Below, in pieces: positions 1 to 10,049 of a stretch of 32,000 nucleotides of DNA; positions within the stretch are counted from its first letter, which is position 1, and each line of letters starts with the position of its first letter. The stretch covers positions 960,001 to 992,000 of the forward strand of contig NZ_AP024987.1 of NCBI RefSeq assembly GCF_020885515.1. The letters run 5' to 3'. This DNA is from a cyanobacterium endosymbiont of Braarudosphaera bigelowii. Its GTDB lineage: Bacteria; Cyanobacteriota; Cyanobacteriia; Cyanobacteriales; Microcystaceae. Position numbers and translations under genes: made by a program. Under the pieces are notes generated by a model, which did no database searches, had not been told where the DNA came from, and worked only from the letters and a program-made list of their open reading frames with translations.

Positions 1-1016
1 TGTTACTTGTAGTTAATAAGTGTGAATCCCCTGAATATGGCTTGATACAAGCAGCACAGTTTTGGGAGTTAGGGTTAGGAGAACCTTATCCAATTTCAGG
101 AATTCATGGAAATGGAACAGGAGAATTTTTAGATAAACTTATTTTAAATTTACCATCTTCTAATAGTATATTTAATACTGAAGAAATAAATGTTTCTATT
201 GTTGGACGTCCTAATGTAGGTAAATCAAGTCTTCTAAACGCATTCTTAGGAGAGAATAGAGCTATTGTTAGTCCTATCTCTGGTACTACAAGAGATACCA
301 TTGATACAGTTGTAGAACGCAAAGGAAAAGTTTATCGTTTAGTTGATACAGCAGGAATTCGTCGTAAAAAGAATGTTGAATATGGGGCTGAATTCTTTAG
401 TATTAATCGAGCCTTTAAGGCAATCCGGAGAGCAGATGTAGTGTTACTAGTTATTGATGCTATTGATGGAGTCACAGAACAAGATATTAAGCTAGCAGAT
501 CGTATTATTGAGGAAGGAAGATCAGCAATAATTGTTGTCAATAAATGGGATGCTGTGGAAAAAGATGCTTACACTATTTATTCACATAAAAAAAATGTAA
601 TGAATCGATTATATTTCATGGAGTGGGCAGATATTATCTTTATTAGTGCAAAATCAGGACAACGCATTGAAAAAATTTTTCCTCTTGTAAATACAGCAGT
701 AAAAGAGCATCGTCGCCGTATTAACACTTCTGTAATTAATGAAGTTTTGGAGGAAGCTATAAGATGGCATTCTCCTCCTACAACAAGACAGGGAAAGCAA
801 GGTAAAATCTACTATGGAACTCAAGTATCTAATCAACCTCCAACTATCGTTTTATTTGTTAACGATCCTAAAAGATTTAATGATAATTACCGACGGTATA
901 TAGAAGGTCAGTTTCGTCAACAAATTGGTTTTTCTGGAACTCCTATTCGCTTGCTCTGGAAAGGTAAAAAAATACGAGATGTTGAGTCGAAATTGGACCA
1001 TACGGTTAAGATTTAA
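1..1016 (+). CDS. der: GTPase Der/EngA, 5'-truncated by window edge
   Basis: The frame stays open to base 3 ([13 protein letters not shown] precedes the listed start). This is the NKxE/D G4 motif of GTPase domain 1. Domain 2 motifs are present: GRPNVGKSS (G1), DTAGIRR (G3), NKWD (G4). A KH-like C-terminal tail follows. Confidence 0.9.
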   Translation, partial: LLVVNKCESPEYGLIQAAQFWELGLGEPYPISGIHGNGTGEFLDKLILNLPSSNSIFNTEEINVSIVGRPNVGKSSLLNAFLGENRAIVSPISGTTRDTIDTVVERKGKVYRLVDTAGIRRKKNVEYGAEFFSINRAFKAIRRADVVLLVIDAIDGVTEQDIKLADRIIEEGRSAIIVVNKWDAVEKDAYTIYSHKKNVMNRLYFMEWADIIFISAKSGQRIEKIFPLVNTAVKEHRRRINTSVINEVLEEAIRWHSPPTTRQGKQGKIYYGTQVSNQPPTIVLFVNDPKRFNDNYRRYIEGQFRQQIGFSGTPIRLLWKGKKIRDVESKLDHTVKI

Positions 1017-1017
1017 A

Positions 1018-1046
1018 AATTAAGATGATTTTTTATCATCTTAATT
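1018..1046 (+). terminator. Perfect 12-bp stem / 5-nt loop hairpin starting 2 nt after the der stop codon; no U-tract
   Basis: AATTAAGATGAT (1018-1029) pairs perfectly with ATCATCTTAATT (1035-1046), with loop TTTTT. Termination function is inferred from position only. Confidence 0.4.
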
Positions 1047-1195
1047 AACTTCTATAAACTTTAAATACTTAGTATTTATTAAATATGCTTATTGTTAATA
1101 TAAGATTTTTTAAGCAACAATTTAGTAAATGCAATTGTTTTGAGATAATGAAGAGGATTGAAATTATTTTATGAAGTGTGTATGAGGAGAAATTT

Positions 1196-2722
1196 ATGAA
1201 ACTTGCTTATTGGATGTATGCTGGACCAGCCCATATTGGTACCCTTCGTATTGCTAGTTCTTTCCATAATGTTCATGCAATTATGCATGCACCTCTTGGT
1301 GACGACTACTTTAATGTTATGAGATCTATGTTGGAAAGAGAAAGAAATTTTACCCCTGTTACTACAAGTGTAGTAGACCGTAATGTTTTAGCTCGCGGAT
1401 CTCAAGAGAAAGTTATTGATAATATTGTTAGGAAAGATCAAGAAGAAAGTCCGGATCTTATTGTCTTAACTCCTACATGCACTTCAAGTATTCTGCAAGA
1501 AGATTTAGGTAATTTTGTAGAACGTGCACAGATGGATACAAAGGGAGATGTTATTCTAGCTGACGTTAATCATTATCGTTACAATGAGTTGCAAGCAGCT
1601 GATAGAACTTTACATCAAATTGTAAAATTTTATCTAGATAAGGCAAAGAAAAAATGTGAATTGGCAATTGAAAAAACGGAAAATCCTTCTGTTAATATAA
1701 TAGGTATATCGACTCTTGGTTTCCATGCTAAGCATGATTGTACTGAATTACAAAAATTAATGAAAGATTTAGGAATTACTGTAAATATTATAATTCCTGA
1801 CCAGGCATCAGTTCACGATTTAAAAAATCTAACTAAAGCATGGTTCAATTTAGTTCCTTACAGAGAGTTAGGATTAAGTGTTGCCAAATATTTAGATTCG
1901 GAATTTGATATTCCCTATGTTGATATAACACCGATAGGAGTTGTTGAAACTGCAAAGTGTATTCGCAAAATTCAGCAAATAATCAATACACAAGGTAAAG
2001 ATGTAAATTTTGAAGATTATATTAATAAGCAAACATTATATGTTTCTGAAGCGGCATGGTTTTCAAGGTCCATTGATTGTCAGAATTTGACTGGTAAAAG
2101 AGCAGTGGTTTTTGGTGATAACACTCATGCTGCAGCTATGACTAAAATTTTAGCTAGAGAGATGGGAATTCATGTTGTCTTAGCTGGCACATATTGTAAG
2201 TATGATGCTGAATGGTTTAGAGAACAAGTTGGCGATTATTGCAGTGAGATATTGATTAGTGAAGATAATGGTGAAATTGCCAACACGATAGCACGCTTAG
2301 AACCTGCTGCAATATTTGGAACACAAATGGAGCGTCATGTTGGTAAAAGGTTGAATATTCCATGTGGAGTAATTGCATCACCAATTCACATTCAGAACTT
2401 CCCTATAGGATATAAGCCTTTTGTTGGATATGAAGGAACAAACCAAATTACCGATTTAATTTATAATTCTTTTACACTAGGAATGGAAGATCACTTACTT
2501 GAAATTTTTGGGGGACACGATACTAAAGAAATGATTACTAAAGGAATATCTAACAATTCTGATTTAGCTTGGAATAAAGAAGCACAAGTAGAATTAAATA
2601 AAATTCCTGGTTTTGTACGTGGTAAGGTAAAGCGTAATACAGAGAAATTTGCTCGTGAACGTAACTGCTCTGAAATTACACTTGAATTAATGTATGCAGC
2701 CAAAGAAGCAGTTGGAACTTAA
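1196..2722 (+). CDS. chlB: Light-independent protochlorophyllide reductase (DPOR) subunit B
   Basis: [23 protein letters not shown]...HAPLGDDYF is the canonical ChlB N-terminus. I chose the ATG at 1196, preceded by GAGGAG, over the listed GTG at 1178. Length is about 508 aa. Confidence 0.93.
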   Translation: MKLAYWMYAGPAHIGTLRIASSFHNVHAIMHAPLGDDYFNVMRSMLERERNFTPVTTSVVDRNVLARGSQEKVIDNIVRKDQEESPDLIVLTPTCTSSILQEDLGNFVERAQMDTKGDVILADVNHYRYNELQAADRTLHQIVKFYLDKAKKKCELAIEKTENPSVNIIGISTLGFHAKHDCTELQKLMKDLGITVNIIIPDQASVHDLKNLTKAWFNLVPYRELGLSVAKYLDSEFDIPYVDITPIGVVETAKCIRKIQQIINTQGKDVNFEDYINKQTLYVSEAAWFSRSIDCQNLTGKRAVVFGDNTHAAAMTKILAREMGIHVVLAGTYCKYDAEWFREQVGDYCSEILISEDNGEIANTIARLEPAAIFGTQMERHVGKRLNIPCGVIASPIHIQNFPIGYKPFVGYEGTNQITDLIYNSFTLGMEDHLLEIFGGHDTKEMITKGISNNSDLAWNKEAQVELNKIPGFVRGKVKRNTEKFARERNCSEITLELMYAAKEAVGT

Positions 2723-2755
2723 ATTTATCCAAAATTGATATAGATCTCATAAATA

Positions 2756-2792
2756 AGTTACTAAAACATAAATTAGTTATGTTTTAGTAACT
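2756..2792. terminator. Perfect 16-bp stem / 5-nt loop hairpin between convergent chlB and the DUF4330 gene
   Basis: AGTTACTAAAACATAA (2756-2771) and TTATGTTTTAGTAACT (2777-2792) are exact reverse complements. The hairpin lies 34 nt after the chlB stop. No U-tract on either strand. Confidence 0.4.
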
Positions 2793-2870
2793 ATATACTA
2801 CTAGTGTCGCCCACTAAGTAGAATAAAAAAGCTTAAAAAGTTATTTATAGCCTAGATAACACATGACAGT

Positions 2871-2898
2871 ATTTATGTATAAAAGTATATACATAAAT
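2871..2898. terminator. Second perfect hairpin (11-bp stem, 6-nt loop) in the chlB/DUF4330 convergent spacer
   Basis: ATTTATGTATA (2871-2881) pairs with TATACATAAAT (2888-2898). It lies 64 nt downstream of the minus-strand gene end at 2962. Confidence 0.3.
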
Positions 2899-2961
2899 TT
2901 GAATTCTATTGAAATAGAAGAGCAGTCTATTATAGTTTTGCAATGATAGTAGATTAATAAT

Positions 2962-3492
2962 TTATTTTAAAATTCTTACTGCGATAGTACTTGTATTAAA
3001 ATTATAATCCTTACCTTCTAATTCAATTTTAGTACCAATTTTAATTTTTTGCTTTCCGACAACTGCTCCTGTATCCGTAAGTTGTGCATTTCCTTTCAAT
3101 GTCAAAATCATGTCTTGGAAAAATATAATTTCTGGCCTTGGATCAGGAAGAGCTTTTACAGAACCATCAGGCTGAGGAACTGCTATAGTTCTAGGAAGTG
3201 GTGTAATCTTCCTGATTTCAAATTCTCCAGCAGGTTGATGACGAATTACGATGTTGGTAACTTTAGTTTTTTTAAATTGATTAATGAAGGAATTTGGATC
3301 ACCTACTCCTAGGCCTCTCACGATAACATCAACTTCAATTGGGGTTCTAACAACTTGAGCGATAGTGCTTGTTCCAGACTTATTTGGAACAATAAAAATA
3401 CTAACAATAGCTAAAATAATAGCTAATCCAGCTCCCAGATCTAGAATGCTAATTCTTCCCAGTAAACGACCTTTAGAATCTAATAGTTCCAT
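2962..3492 (-). CDS. Conserved cyanobacterial membrane-anchored protein (DUF4330-like)
   Basis: N-terminus MELLDSKGRLLGRISILDLGAGLAIILAIV, followed by a single TM helix and a soluble beta-rich domain. I recognise this pattern as the cyanobacterial DUF4330 family, from memory only. Confidence 0.55.
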   Translation of the reverse strand: MELLDSKGRLLGRISILDLGAGLAIILAIVSIFIVPNKSGTSTIAQVVRTPIEVDVIVRGLGVGDPNSFINQFKKTKVTNIVIRHQPAGEFEIRKITPLPRTIAVPQPDGSVKALPDPRPEIIFFQDMILTLKGNAQLTDTGAVVGKQKIKIGTKIELEGKDYNFNTSTIAVRILK

Positions 3493-3581
3493 AAATATAT
3501 CCAGTTGCTATGAAAAAAAAATTTATTAAAGAGACGAAATATTGAAGGCAAAATATCCCTAGTCTTTAAATAAAGTACAAA

Positions 3582-4874
3582 TTATTTATATATTTTCAAA
3601 AAATTTTTTCTTATCCTAGATGCCTTTTTAAAACAGTTTATATATTGTTGGTAACCCTTAGAAAAAACAATATTTAATTTGAGAGGATCATCTTGAAGTT
3701 TATCCATGCCATTTATAGTGATGTTTTTACTTTTATGAGAGCTGATTTTTAATGCTTTATGATTCCTAACTTCTCCGGTACTACTATTAACATAAGCAAT
3801 AATATTGCGTTTATTAAATCTTTCGCCTATTAACTGAATTAATTCTAAAAAATTTCTATCACTACCTCCCCTAACACAACTGAATTTACCACAACTTTCT
3901 ATAATTTCATTAGTAACTGTATCACCCACACCTATAATAGTTGGAATATAAGAAGGATTAAAGTGATCTCTTATCAAAGATAATATTTCTTGCCTGGTTG
4001 TCGGTACTTGTTTAAAATTAAAATCTTTTCCTAAAGGATAATCACCAGTTTTTTTGTACATATAATTATTTAAAATTAATAACACTCCAGCCTCTTTTGT
4101 AGCGTCCTTTAGCATAAATTGAAAATCGGTTGTCCCAGAACTTTTATCTTTAGCAAATTGTATAATTTCTTGTCCTTGTTCATCTTTACCTAAATTAGCT
4201 GTGCAATGTATAGAAAAAGAATTATATAAATCTTCTTGTTGAGCTTTTTTCAACAATTTATACATTAATTGATAAGTAAATTTTTGTAATTTTATATAAT
4301 TATCTGTTTGTTGACTTAAAAGATCATACAATATATTGAGGTTAACAGTAGGAGATACCTTGTTATATAAAACTGTTTTTTTTATTGACTTTCTTATTGT
4401 CTCTTCACTTAAATTAAAATTATTTTTAGAAAAAAACTTTATAAAGTTTTTTTGAATATATTCAGGTACTGAAGCTAAAAAAAACAATTCTTTTTCACTT
4501 ACGCCTGGATAAGTAACATCTCCATTAGATTCTTGCCATTGTGCACTTCCTGCTGCTAATCCTGGTAAATATAATTTTTTATCTTTTACTAATTTAATTT
4601 TATTTTGGTAAGCTTTTTCTATAATGAAGTTAACTCCATTTTTTCCTATATGTTCTCCATTTGTTAGGACATAAAAATGATCTTTGAATATTTGTACAGC
4701 CTCTACATACTTTTTATCTATAGTTCTAGCTGAAGGTTCCTTTACTAATTCCATACAAACTCCATCGAGGTCTTGAATTATAAGTAAATTTGACTCACTA
4801 GCTAATTGTTTAATAAATTTTTTATAGTTGAAAAGTGAAGAATATTTGTCGAGTTTTAATGATGAAGTTGACAT
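3582..4874 (-). CDS. stpA: Probable glucosylglycerol-phosphate phosphatase (StpA/GgpP)
   Basis: 430 aa. The N-terminal HAD-type motif LLIIQDLDGVCM and the overall size match my recollection of Synechocystis StpA (about 420 aa). No other family fits. Not verified by search. Confidence 0.5.
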   Translation of the reverse strand: MSTSSLKLDKYSSLFNYKKFIKQLASESNLLIIQDLDGVCMELVKEPSARTIDKKYVEAVQIFKDHFYVLTNGEHIGKNGVNFIIEKAYQNKIKLVKDKKLYLPGLAAGSAQWQESNGDVTYPGVSEKELFFLASVPEYIQKNFIKFFSKNNFNLSEETIRKSIKKTVLYNKVSPTVNLNILYDLLSQQTDNYIKLQKFTYQLMYKLLKKAQQEDLYNSFSIHCTANLGKDEQGQEIIQFAKDKSSGTTDFQFMLKDATKEAGVLLILNNYMYKKTGDYPLGKDFNFKQVPTTRQEILSLIRDHFNPSYIPTIIGVGDTVTNEIIESCGKFSCVRGGSDRNFLELIQLIGERFNKRNIIAYVNSSTGEVRNHKALKISSHKSKNITINGMDKLQDDPLKLNIVFSKGYQQYINCFKKASRIRKNFLKIYK

Positions 4875-5061
4875 AATATCTTAAAGTATAAAATCATGTT
4901 AACAATAATAAATTTTAAAACAGCGATTAGTTTTGTTTTTTTAATTTCTTCTAACTTTTTGTTAATACTAAAAATTAAAAGAAATACAGTTAATTCAACA
5001 AACTATATAATATTTTAAATTATTTTGAAAAAGTTATTGTGTAGAATTGAGTAAATAATAC

Positions 5062-6030
5062 TTATTTTTTATCATTTAAATAATGAAAATACTCTTTATT
5101 TAAATGAAGAATCTCTATTATTAATTTAGAGACAAAAGGAAAAATTTTCTTGTTTGCACTATTTTTGTTCCCCTCTATAAACATCACAAAAAGGAAGGAA
5201 GGTAAGCCTGGTACTCTTATATATGCTGCATCGTGGCGAACTTGACTAGTCCATCCTGCTTTTGACCATAATTCAGCATTCTTAGGAAGACCTTCTCCAA
5301 GAAAACCTGTAACTTGGTTTTCTATTAAATCATTACTAGAAACAGTATTGACTGTTCTTTTTAATAAGCTCATCATTTGCAATGACCGTACTAAAGAAAC
5401 AGCTGTACCAGAAACAATATCATGAAACAATCTTGCAACTGCATTAGTAGTTAAAATATTTTGATTTCTTTTAATGTCTCCAAGAAATTCTTTCTCTCTT
5501 CCATAAGGTCCATCAGACCAAGTCTTTTGATTAATATTAATTTTTTCTAATTCTTTCCAGCCTAGTGCTTTAAAATAAATGTTGACAATATTTCGTTTGT
5601 ATTTCCAAGCTAAAAAATTGTTATTAACTAATTCTGGTCCACTATTCGTATTTGTTAAACTATCTATTACTAAACTAGTTGCATCATTGCTAGATTGGAC
5701 TATCATATCATTTATAGAACGACTTAGCTCAGAAGAAAGGTGTACTTTTCCTATTTCTAACCATTGGTGAATAGCAACTAAATAAAATAATTTAACAATA
5801 CTAGCTGGATAAATAGATTCAACACCACGATGATTAAATCCATATATTGAATTTTTAAAAAATTTTTGCGGAAAAACCGATTGTTTATTTTTAATAGTTC
5901 TTGTTTTTTTATAAAGAATCCAAGTAAATGAACACTGTTCAGCATTAAGCGTGGGAAATCTTACTAAGGTTCTTTCTAAAATTTCATTTCCTAACGATTC
6001 TAAGGTGCTATCTGATCTAAAAAAAGTCAT
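5062..6030 (-). CDS. Class A beta-lactamase-like serine hydrolase
   Basis: The three motifs occur in the right order and spacing: S-x-x-K (PASIVK), S-x-N (SSNDAT) and a K-x-G-like motif (KAGWT). Confidence 0.6.
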   Translation of the reverse strand: MTFFRSDSTLESLGNEILERTLVRFPTLNAEQCSFTWILYKKTRTIKNKQSVFPQKFFKNSIYGFNHRGVESIYPASIVKLFYLVAIHQWLEIGKVHLSSELSRSINDMIVQSSNDATSLVIDSLTNTNSGPELVNNNFLAWKYKRNIVNIYFKALGWKELEKININQKTWSDGPYGREKEFLGDIKRNQNILTTNAVARLFHDIVSGTAVSLVRSLQMMSLLKRTVNTVSSNDLIENQVTGFLGEGLPKNAELWSKAGWTSQVRHDAAYIRVPGLPSFLFVMFIEGNKNSANKKIFPFVSKLIIEILHLNKEYFHYLNDKK

Positions 6031-6074
6031 AGAATTATTCTCATTATTTTGCCGACATAATATTCAATTTTCTT

Positions 6075-6989
6075 TTATACTAATTTTGATAAAATTAAAC
6101 TTACTGATAATAGTATTCCATTGAAAAAGTGAAATTTAATAGCTATAAACTTGCTATTTTTTACATTACTAGCTTGATTGTGATATTTTAAAACATGACA
6201 TACAAGTTGATAAGCGATAGGAAAGCTAAGTAAGCTTAAAAAGGTCCAGAAAGATAATATTTTTAATATTGGAAATAATAATACTAAAAACATTAAGAGA
6301 ACAGTTATTATTGTTAATACTATAGATCCTAATTCTGTGCCAAGAAATACGATTGGTGATCGTTTTCCTGCAGAAAAATCATCCTCTATTTGATGAAAAT
6401 GAGAACAAAATAAAATAATAGATGTACTAATTCCAATCAAAATTCCAGATGCTAAACTTATAATGGAGAAATGTTGAACTTGAGAATAGTAAGATGCTGA
6501 CACTGCCATTGGGCCAAATGTGATAAAGCATATAATTTCACCCAGCCCTTTGTATCCTAGCCGAAAAGGTGGGCCTTGGTAACTATAACCTAAAATACAA
6601 CAGACAGTTACTATACATAATACTGTTAAGTCTTTTTGCCACCAAGAAATTAATATAATTCCCACAATACCTAGGATCAAAAATATATTAGACAACCAAA
6701 ATATTAGAGATTTATTTTTAGTCAAATTAACAATAGAGTGGGCTTTGTTTTTATCAATTCCTGTGTCAGCATCAAAAATATCATTACTAACATTTATCCA
6801 AGCAATAATTAAAATAGAAGATATTAAAAAGGTAGTAAAAATTCTAAAATTGAATGTTGAAATATTCTCGAATGCAGCCGAACTTCCTACAATTATCGGA
6901 ATAATAGATACACTGTATACTGGTATTTTAATTGCAGCAAGCCATAATTTTTGTTTAGATGTTAATTTTTTTGTGGATACTATACTCAT
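6075..6989 (-). CDS. menA: 1,4-dihydroxy-2-naphthoate phytyl/prenyltransferase (UbiA family, phylloquinone pathway)
   Basis: Polytopic membrane protein with the UbiA motif NDIFDADTGIDK. Sits divergently next to menF. Confidence 0.8.
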   Translation of the reverse strand: MSIVSTKKLTSKQKLWLAAIKIPVYSVSIIPIIVGSSAAFENISTFNFRIFTTFLISSILIIAWINVSNDIFDADTGIDKNKAHSIVNLTKNKSLIFWLSNIFLILGIVGIILISWWQKDLTVLCIVTVCCILGYSYQGPPFRLGYKGLGEIICFITFGPMAVSASYYSQVQHFSIISLASGILIGISTSIILFCSHFHQIEDDFSAGKRSPIVFLGTELGSIVLTIITVLLMFLVLLFPILKILSFWTFLSLLSFPIAYQLVCHVLKYHNQASNVKNSKFIAIKFHFFNGILLSVSLILSKLV

Positions 6990-7096
6990 AAAATTTCTTA
7001 TTTAGAATAATCTCTATGATATGATTTTCAGAAGAACTGTAATTCGAAATATGTTTAATATTCAAGGCGTGGCATTAATATTAATATTGTACAAAA

Positions 7097-8575
7097 GTGG
7101 AACAAATTATAAATAAATTTACGATGTCTATTACCCCAATATTTATTCCTAATAGTACTAGCTTTATAAATAACCCATGCTATCTCGAAAATTTATTTGA
7201 GACTTATCAAACAAAGTTTAAAAGTCATGATCAATCAGTCATTATAAGCTTATCTTATGTTATCAATGCAGTTGACACCTTGTCTGTTTTAAATTTTTTG
7301 ACTAACAAAAACAAATCACCCTCTTCATCAGATACAATTTATTTCTATTGGGAGAATAAGGTCAATAATGAAGAAATATTAGGGTATGGTGCAACTCAAT
7401 ACTTTTGTATTGATTCCTCAGATAGGTTTTTTAGATCTAAAAATTTCATTAAAGATTGTTTAATAAAGATTATTAGAATAAAAGAAAAAAAAGAAATAAA
7501 ATCTACCCCTCGCATTTTCTCTAGTTTCACTTTTTTTGAAAAGATCGATGATCCTCATTACCCTTTTCCACCAGCCCTTGCTTTTTTACCTTATGTTCAA
7601 TTAATCAAATTTAAGAACAGTAGTATTTTGACTTTCAATATATTAATTGAAAAGAAAACAGATATAAAGCAAACAGTTTTTAATATTTTAGCTACAAAAA
7701 AATCAATTTTATCTTTAAAGGCATACCAAAATAAAAAAAGAAAATCAAAAGATATAGATCGCCTTGATATTAATTTAGCAAAAATTCAAAAATTCAAGAA
7801 TTCTGTTAATTTGATATTGAAGTCTATAAAAAATAATGAATTTAAAAAGTTAGTATTAGCTGATTTTTTAGATTTAAAAAATTCTGTGAATTTTTCTATT
7901 CCTAATTGTCTAGATAATTTGCGTTTCCACTATCCAGATTGTTATGTTTTTGCAATTAATAATGGAAAAAATCATTGTTTTATTGGAGCCAGCCCCGAAC
8001 GATTACTCAGCATCAAAAATCAAAAACTGATAACTGATGCTTTAGCAGGTTCTTCTTCGAGAGATAAAGATAAATACAAAGATTATTACCTGTCCCAGAA
8101 ACTTTTAAAAAGTTATAAAGAAAGATATGAGCATCAAGTAGTAATTAAATATATTGTGAAAAGTTTATTAAATATAGGTCTAAGTCCAAAAGTTCTTCCT
8201 CTTAAAATTTTAAAATTGTCTAATATACAACATCTCTGGACTCCGATTTATAGTAAATTAGAACTTAATATTCATCCTATAGATATAGTTGCTACTTTAC
8301 ATCCGACTCCTGCTGTTTCTGGTTTTCCTACAGCTATAACTTGCAGAAAAATTGAGCATTATGAACAATTTATACGTGGACTTTACGCAGCTCCTTTAGG
8401 TTGGATTGATTCTAATAAAAATAGTGAATTCATTGTAGGTATTCGCTCTGCTCTTATTTCTCATAATAATGCTAGAGTGTACGCTGGTGCTGGTATTGTT
8501 AAGGGATCTCAATCAGAACAAGAGCTTGCAGAAATTCAATTAAAATTTGAAGGATTGCTTAAAGCATTATCTTAA
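7097..8575 (+). CDS. menF: Isochorismate synthase
   Basis: The C-terminal chorismate-binding domain carries HPTPAVSGFP, GWID..EF.VGIRSA and AGAGIVKGSQSEQE. The N-terminal half is K/N/I-rich and poorly conserved. Start is uncertain: GTG at 7097 or ATG at 7124. Confidence 0.8.
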   Translation: MEQIINKFTMSITPIFIPNSTSFINNPCYLENLFETYQTKFKSHDQSVIISLSYVINAVDTLSVLNFLTNKNKSPSSSDTIYFYWENKVNNEEILGYGATQYFCIDSSDRFFRSKNFIKDCLIKIIRIKEKKEIKSTPRIFSSFTFFEKIDDPHYPFPPALAFLPYVQLIKFKNSSILTFNILIEKKTDIKQTVFNILATKKSILSLKAYQNKKRKSKDIDRLDINLAKIQKFKNSVNLILKSIKNNEFKKLVLADFLDLKNSVNFSIPNCLDNLRFHYPDCYVFAINNGKNHCFIGASPERLLSIKNQKLITDALAGSSSRDKDKYKDYYLSQKLLKSYKERYEHQVVIKYIVKSLLNIGLSPKVLPLKILKLSNIQHLWTPIYSKLELNIHPIDIVATLHPTPAVSGFPTAITCRKIEHYEQFIRGLYAAPLGWIDSNKNSEFIVGIRSALISHNNARVYAGAGIVKGSQSEQELAEIQLKFEGLLKALS

Positions 8576-8633
8576 ATCAATTTTAAAAACCTATAATTAA
8601 ACTATATATCAGTATTTAGTTATGAGTTGGATA

Positions 8634-9128
8634 CTAGTGAAACTCGTAATAGCTAAGTAAACCACATCCAAATCCACCAAAACAGGTAATAAATAAATTA
8701 ACTATGATTTGATATCTTGAAATATTAAATTTCTGCATTTCTAATTTAGCTAAAACTGTACTACAAATTAGTAAAAATATTGTAGAAACATTTACAATCC
8801 AACGTAATAAAAAAACTGTTATGAGTGACCACAAGAAAACAGTTATCATAGCTTTACTGTCTGATTTAAAACTACTTCCAAAAACTACAGTTAAGATGGC
8901 ATCAGGATTAGATAATCCTATAATAATTAAGAGGATTATCAAGACTGCTATTAAGTGTATCAATAAAAAAAACGTTTCATTTTTTATTGACAGACCATAA
9001 GCGTTGACTTTTTGCCCTAGCCAATAACTCCAATCAGAAGCTGAACTTCCTAAATACCAACCAAAAGAACAATATGTAAGTAAAATGATAATTAAAGACA
9101 AAAAAGGAAATTTAATTAATCTTTTCAT
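8634..9128 (-). CDS. Hypothetical integral membrane protein (about 4 TM helices)
   Basis: 164-aa ORF with four hydrophobic segments. No motif I recognise. Coding status rests on ORF length in stop-rich AT DNA. Confidence 0.45.
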   Translation of the reverse strand: MKRLIKFPFLSLIIILLTYCSFGWYLGSSASDWSYWLGQKVNAYGLSIKNETFFLLIHLIAVLIILLIIIGLSNPDAILTVVFGSSFKSDSKAMITVFLWSLITVFLLRWIVNVSTIFLLICSTVLAKLEMQKFNISRYQIIVNLFITCFGGFGCGLLSYYEFH

Positions 9129-10049
9129 AGTTCTAAACTAGAATTTATATATTGATAAATAAAATACAAATTTTTTAAATAGATAATACTAAGATACTTA
9201 GAAATTAAGCTTAAATACAAATATTGTAGATAAGTTAACTTCAAAAACAATTAAATTAACAGCAAAGATACAAAAAAACATATTTAATTAGTATCTGTAG
9301 ATTTATCTCATTCAAGAAACTTCAACATAGATATATTAACTAATAAAGCACTCTACATTTAGTAATTCTTTAATACTTATCTTATAAATTAGATTTTGAA
9401 AACAACGGTTATTTACTTTTTTAGTCTATGTAAATTAACAAGTAAATATGTATACGTGAACTATGATGTTTTATATACATATATTTAATGAATGGAACTG
9501 CAGACTTTAGGAAAAGTAGTTTTTGAATATTTATTTTACATTCGTTACAATTTTTTTCCAGTTTTCATATTACTTACTAAGTAGAAGTTTACACAGTTTA
9601 AGTTTTATTTATGATAAATTTAATATGCTAAATAATAAAAAATATTGGTAAAGCCTTTAAAGAAAAAATGGTAGATATATCGATTAATCTTTATTTTTGC
9701 CAATATCTTTGAAAGAGAACTAATGTTTTAATTTAAAGTACTTTTAAAAAAAGCAAAGTTACTCTTATTTGATAAATATATGATTTTAAACGTAATCTTT
9801 TAAAACTTACTCTGTGTAAAATTAGGAGACAAATTAGTAATAAACAGAATAAATCTAACTTTATACTTTATTTATTTTAAACTATGAAATTAAATAGCAC
9901 AGATATTTTAGATTTTATTTATAAGGACTTTTTTTACATGTATTGCTATTACTAATTAATAAATTTTTTAATGCGAATAATTAATTTAATATACAGTAAA
10001 TACAAGTAGTTGTTAAACCTTATATAATATTGGTATTTAGTGAGTAGCC

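Noticed and set aside
104-836. Three minus-strand ORFs (104-322, 332-541, 654-836) in the ORF track
   Set aside because: All lie entirely antisense within der, whose GTPase motifs are unambiguous. Their low-complexity translations have no recognisable motif. They are shadow ORFs.
1178-1195. GTG start extending chlB by 6 codons (MYEEKF)
   Set aside because: The ATG at 1196 gives the canonical ChlB N-terminus [11 protein letters not shown]. The GAGGAG inside the extension is well placed as its ribosome-binding site.
2491-2703. 70-aa minus-strand ORF
   Set aside because: Antisense inside the well-supported chlB gene, with no motifs.
3049-3312. 87-aa plus-strand ORF
   Set aside because: Antisense within the DUF4330-like gene. 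Its Cys/Ser/Arg-rich translation is typical of an out-of-frame read.
5579-5770. 63-aa plus-strand ORF
   Set aside because: Antisense within the serine hydrolase gene, which carries the ordered SxxK/SxN/KxG motifs.
6745-7005. 86-aa plus-strand ORF overlapping the menA 5' end
   Set aside because: Almost entirely antisense to menA (UbiA motif present), with only 16 nt outside it. Hydrophobic mirror ORFs of membrane genes are common artefacts.
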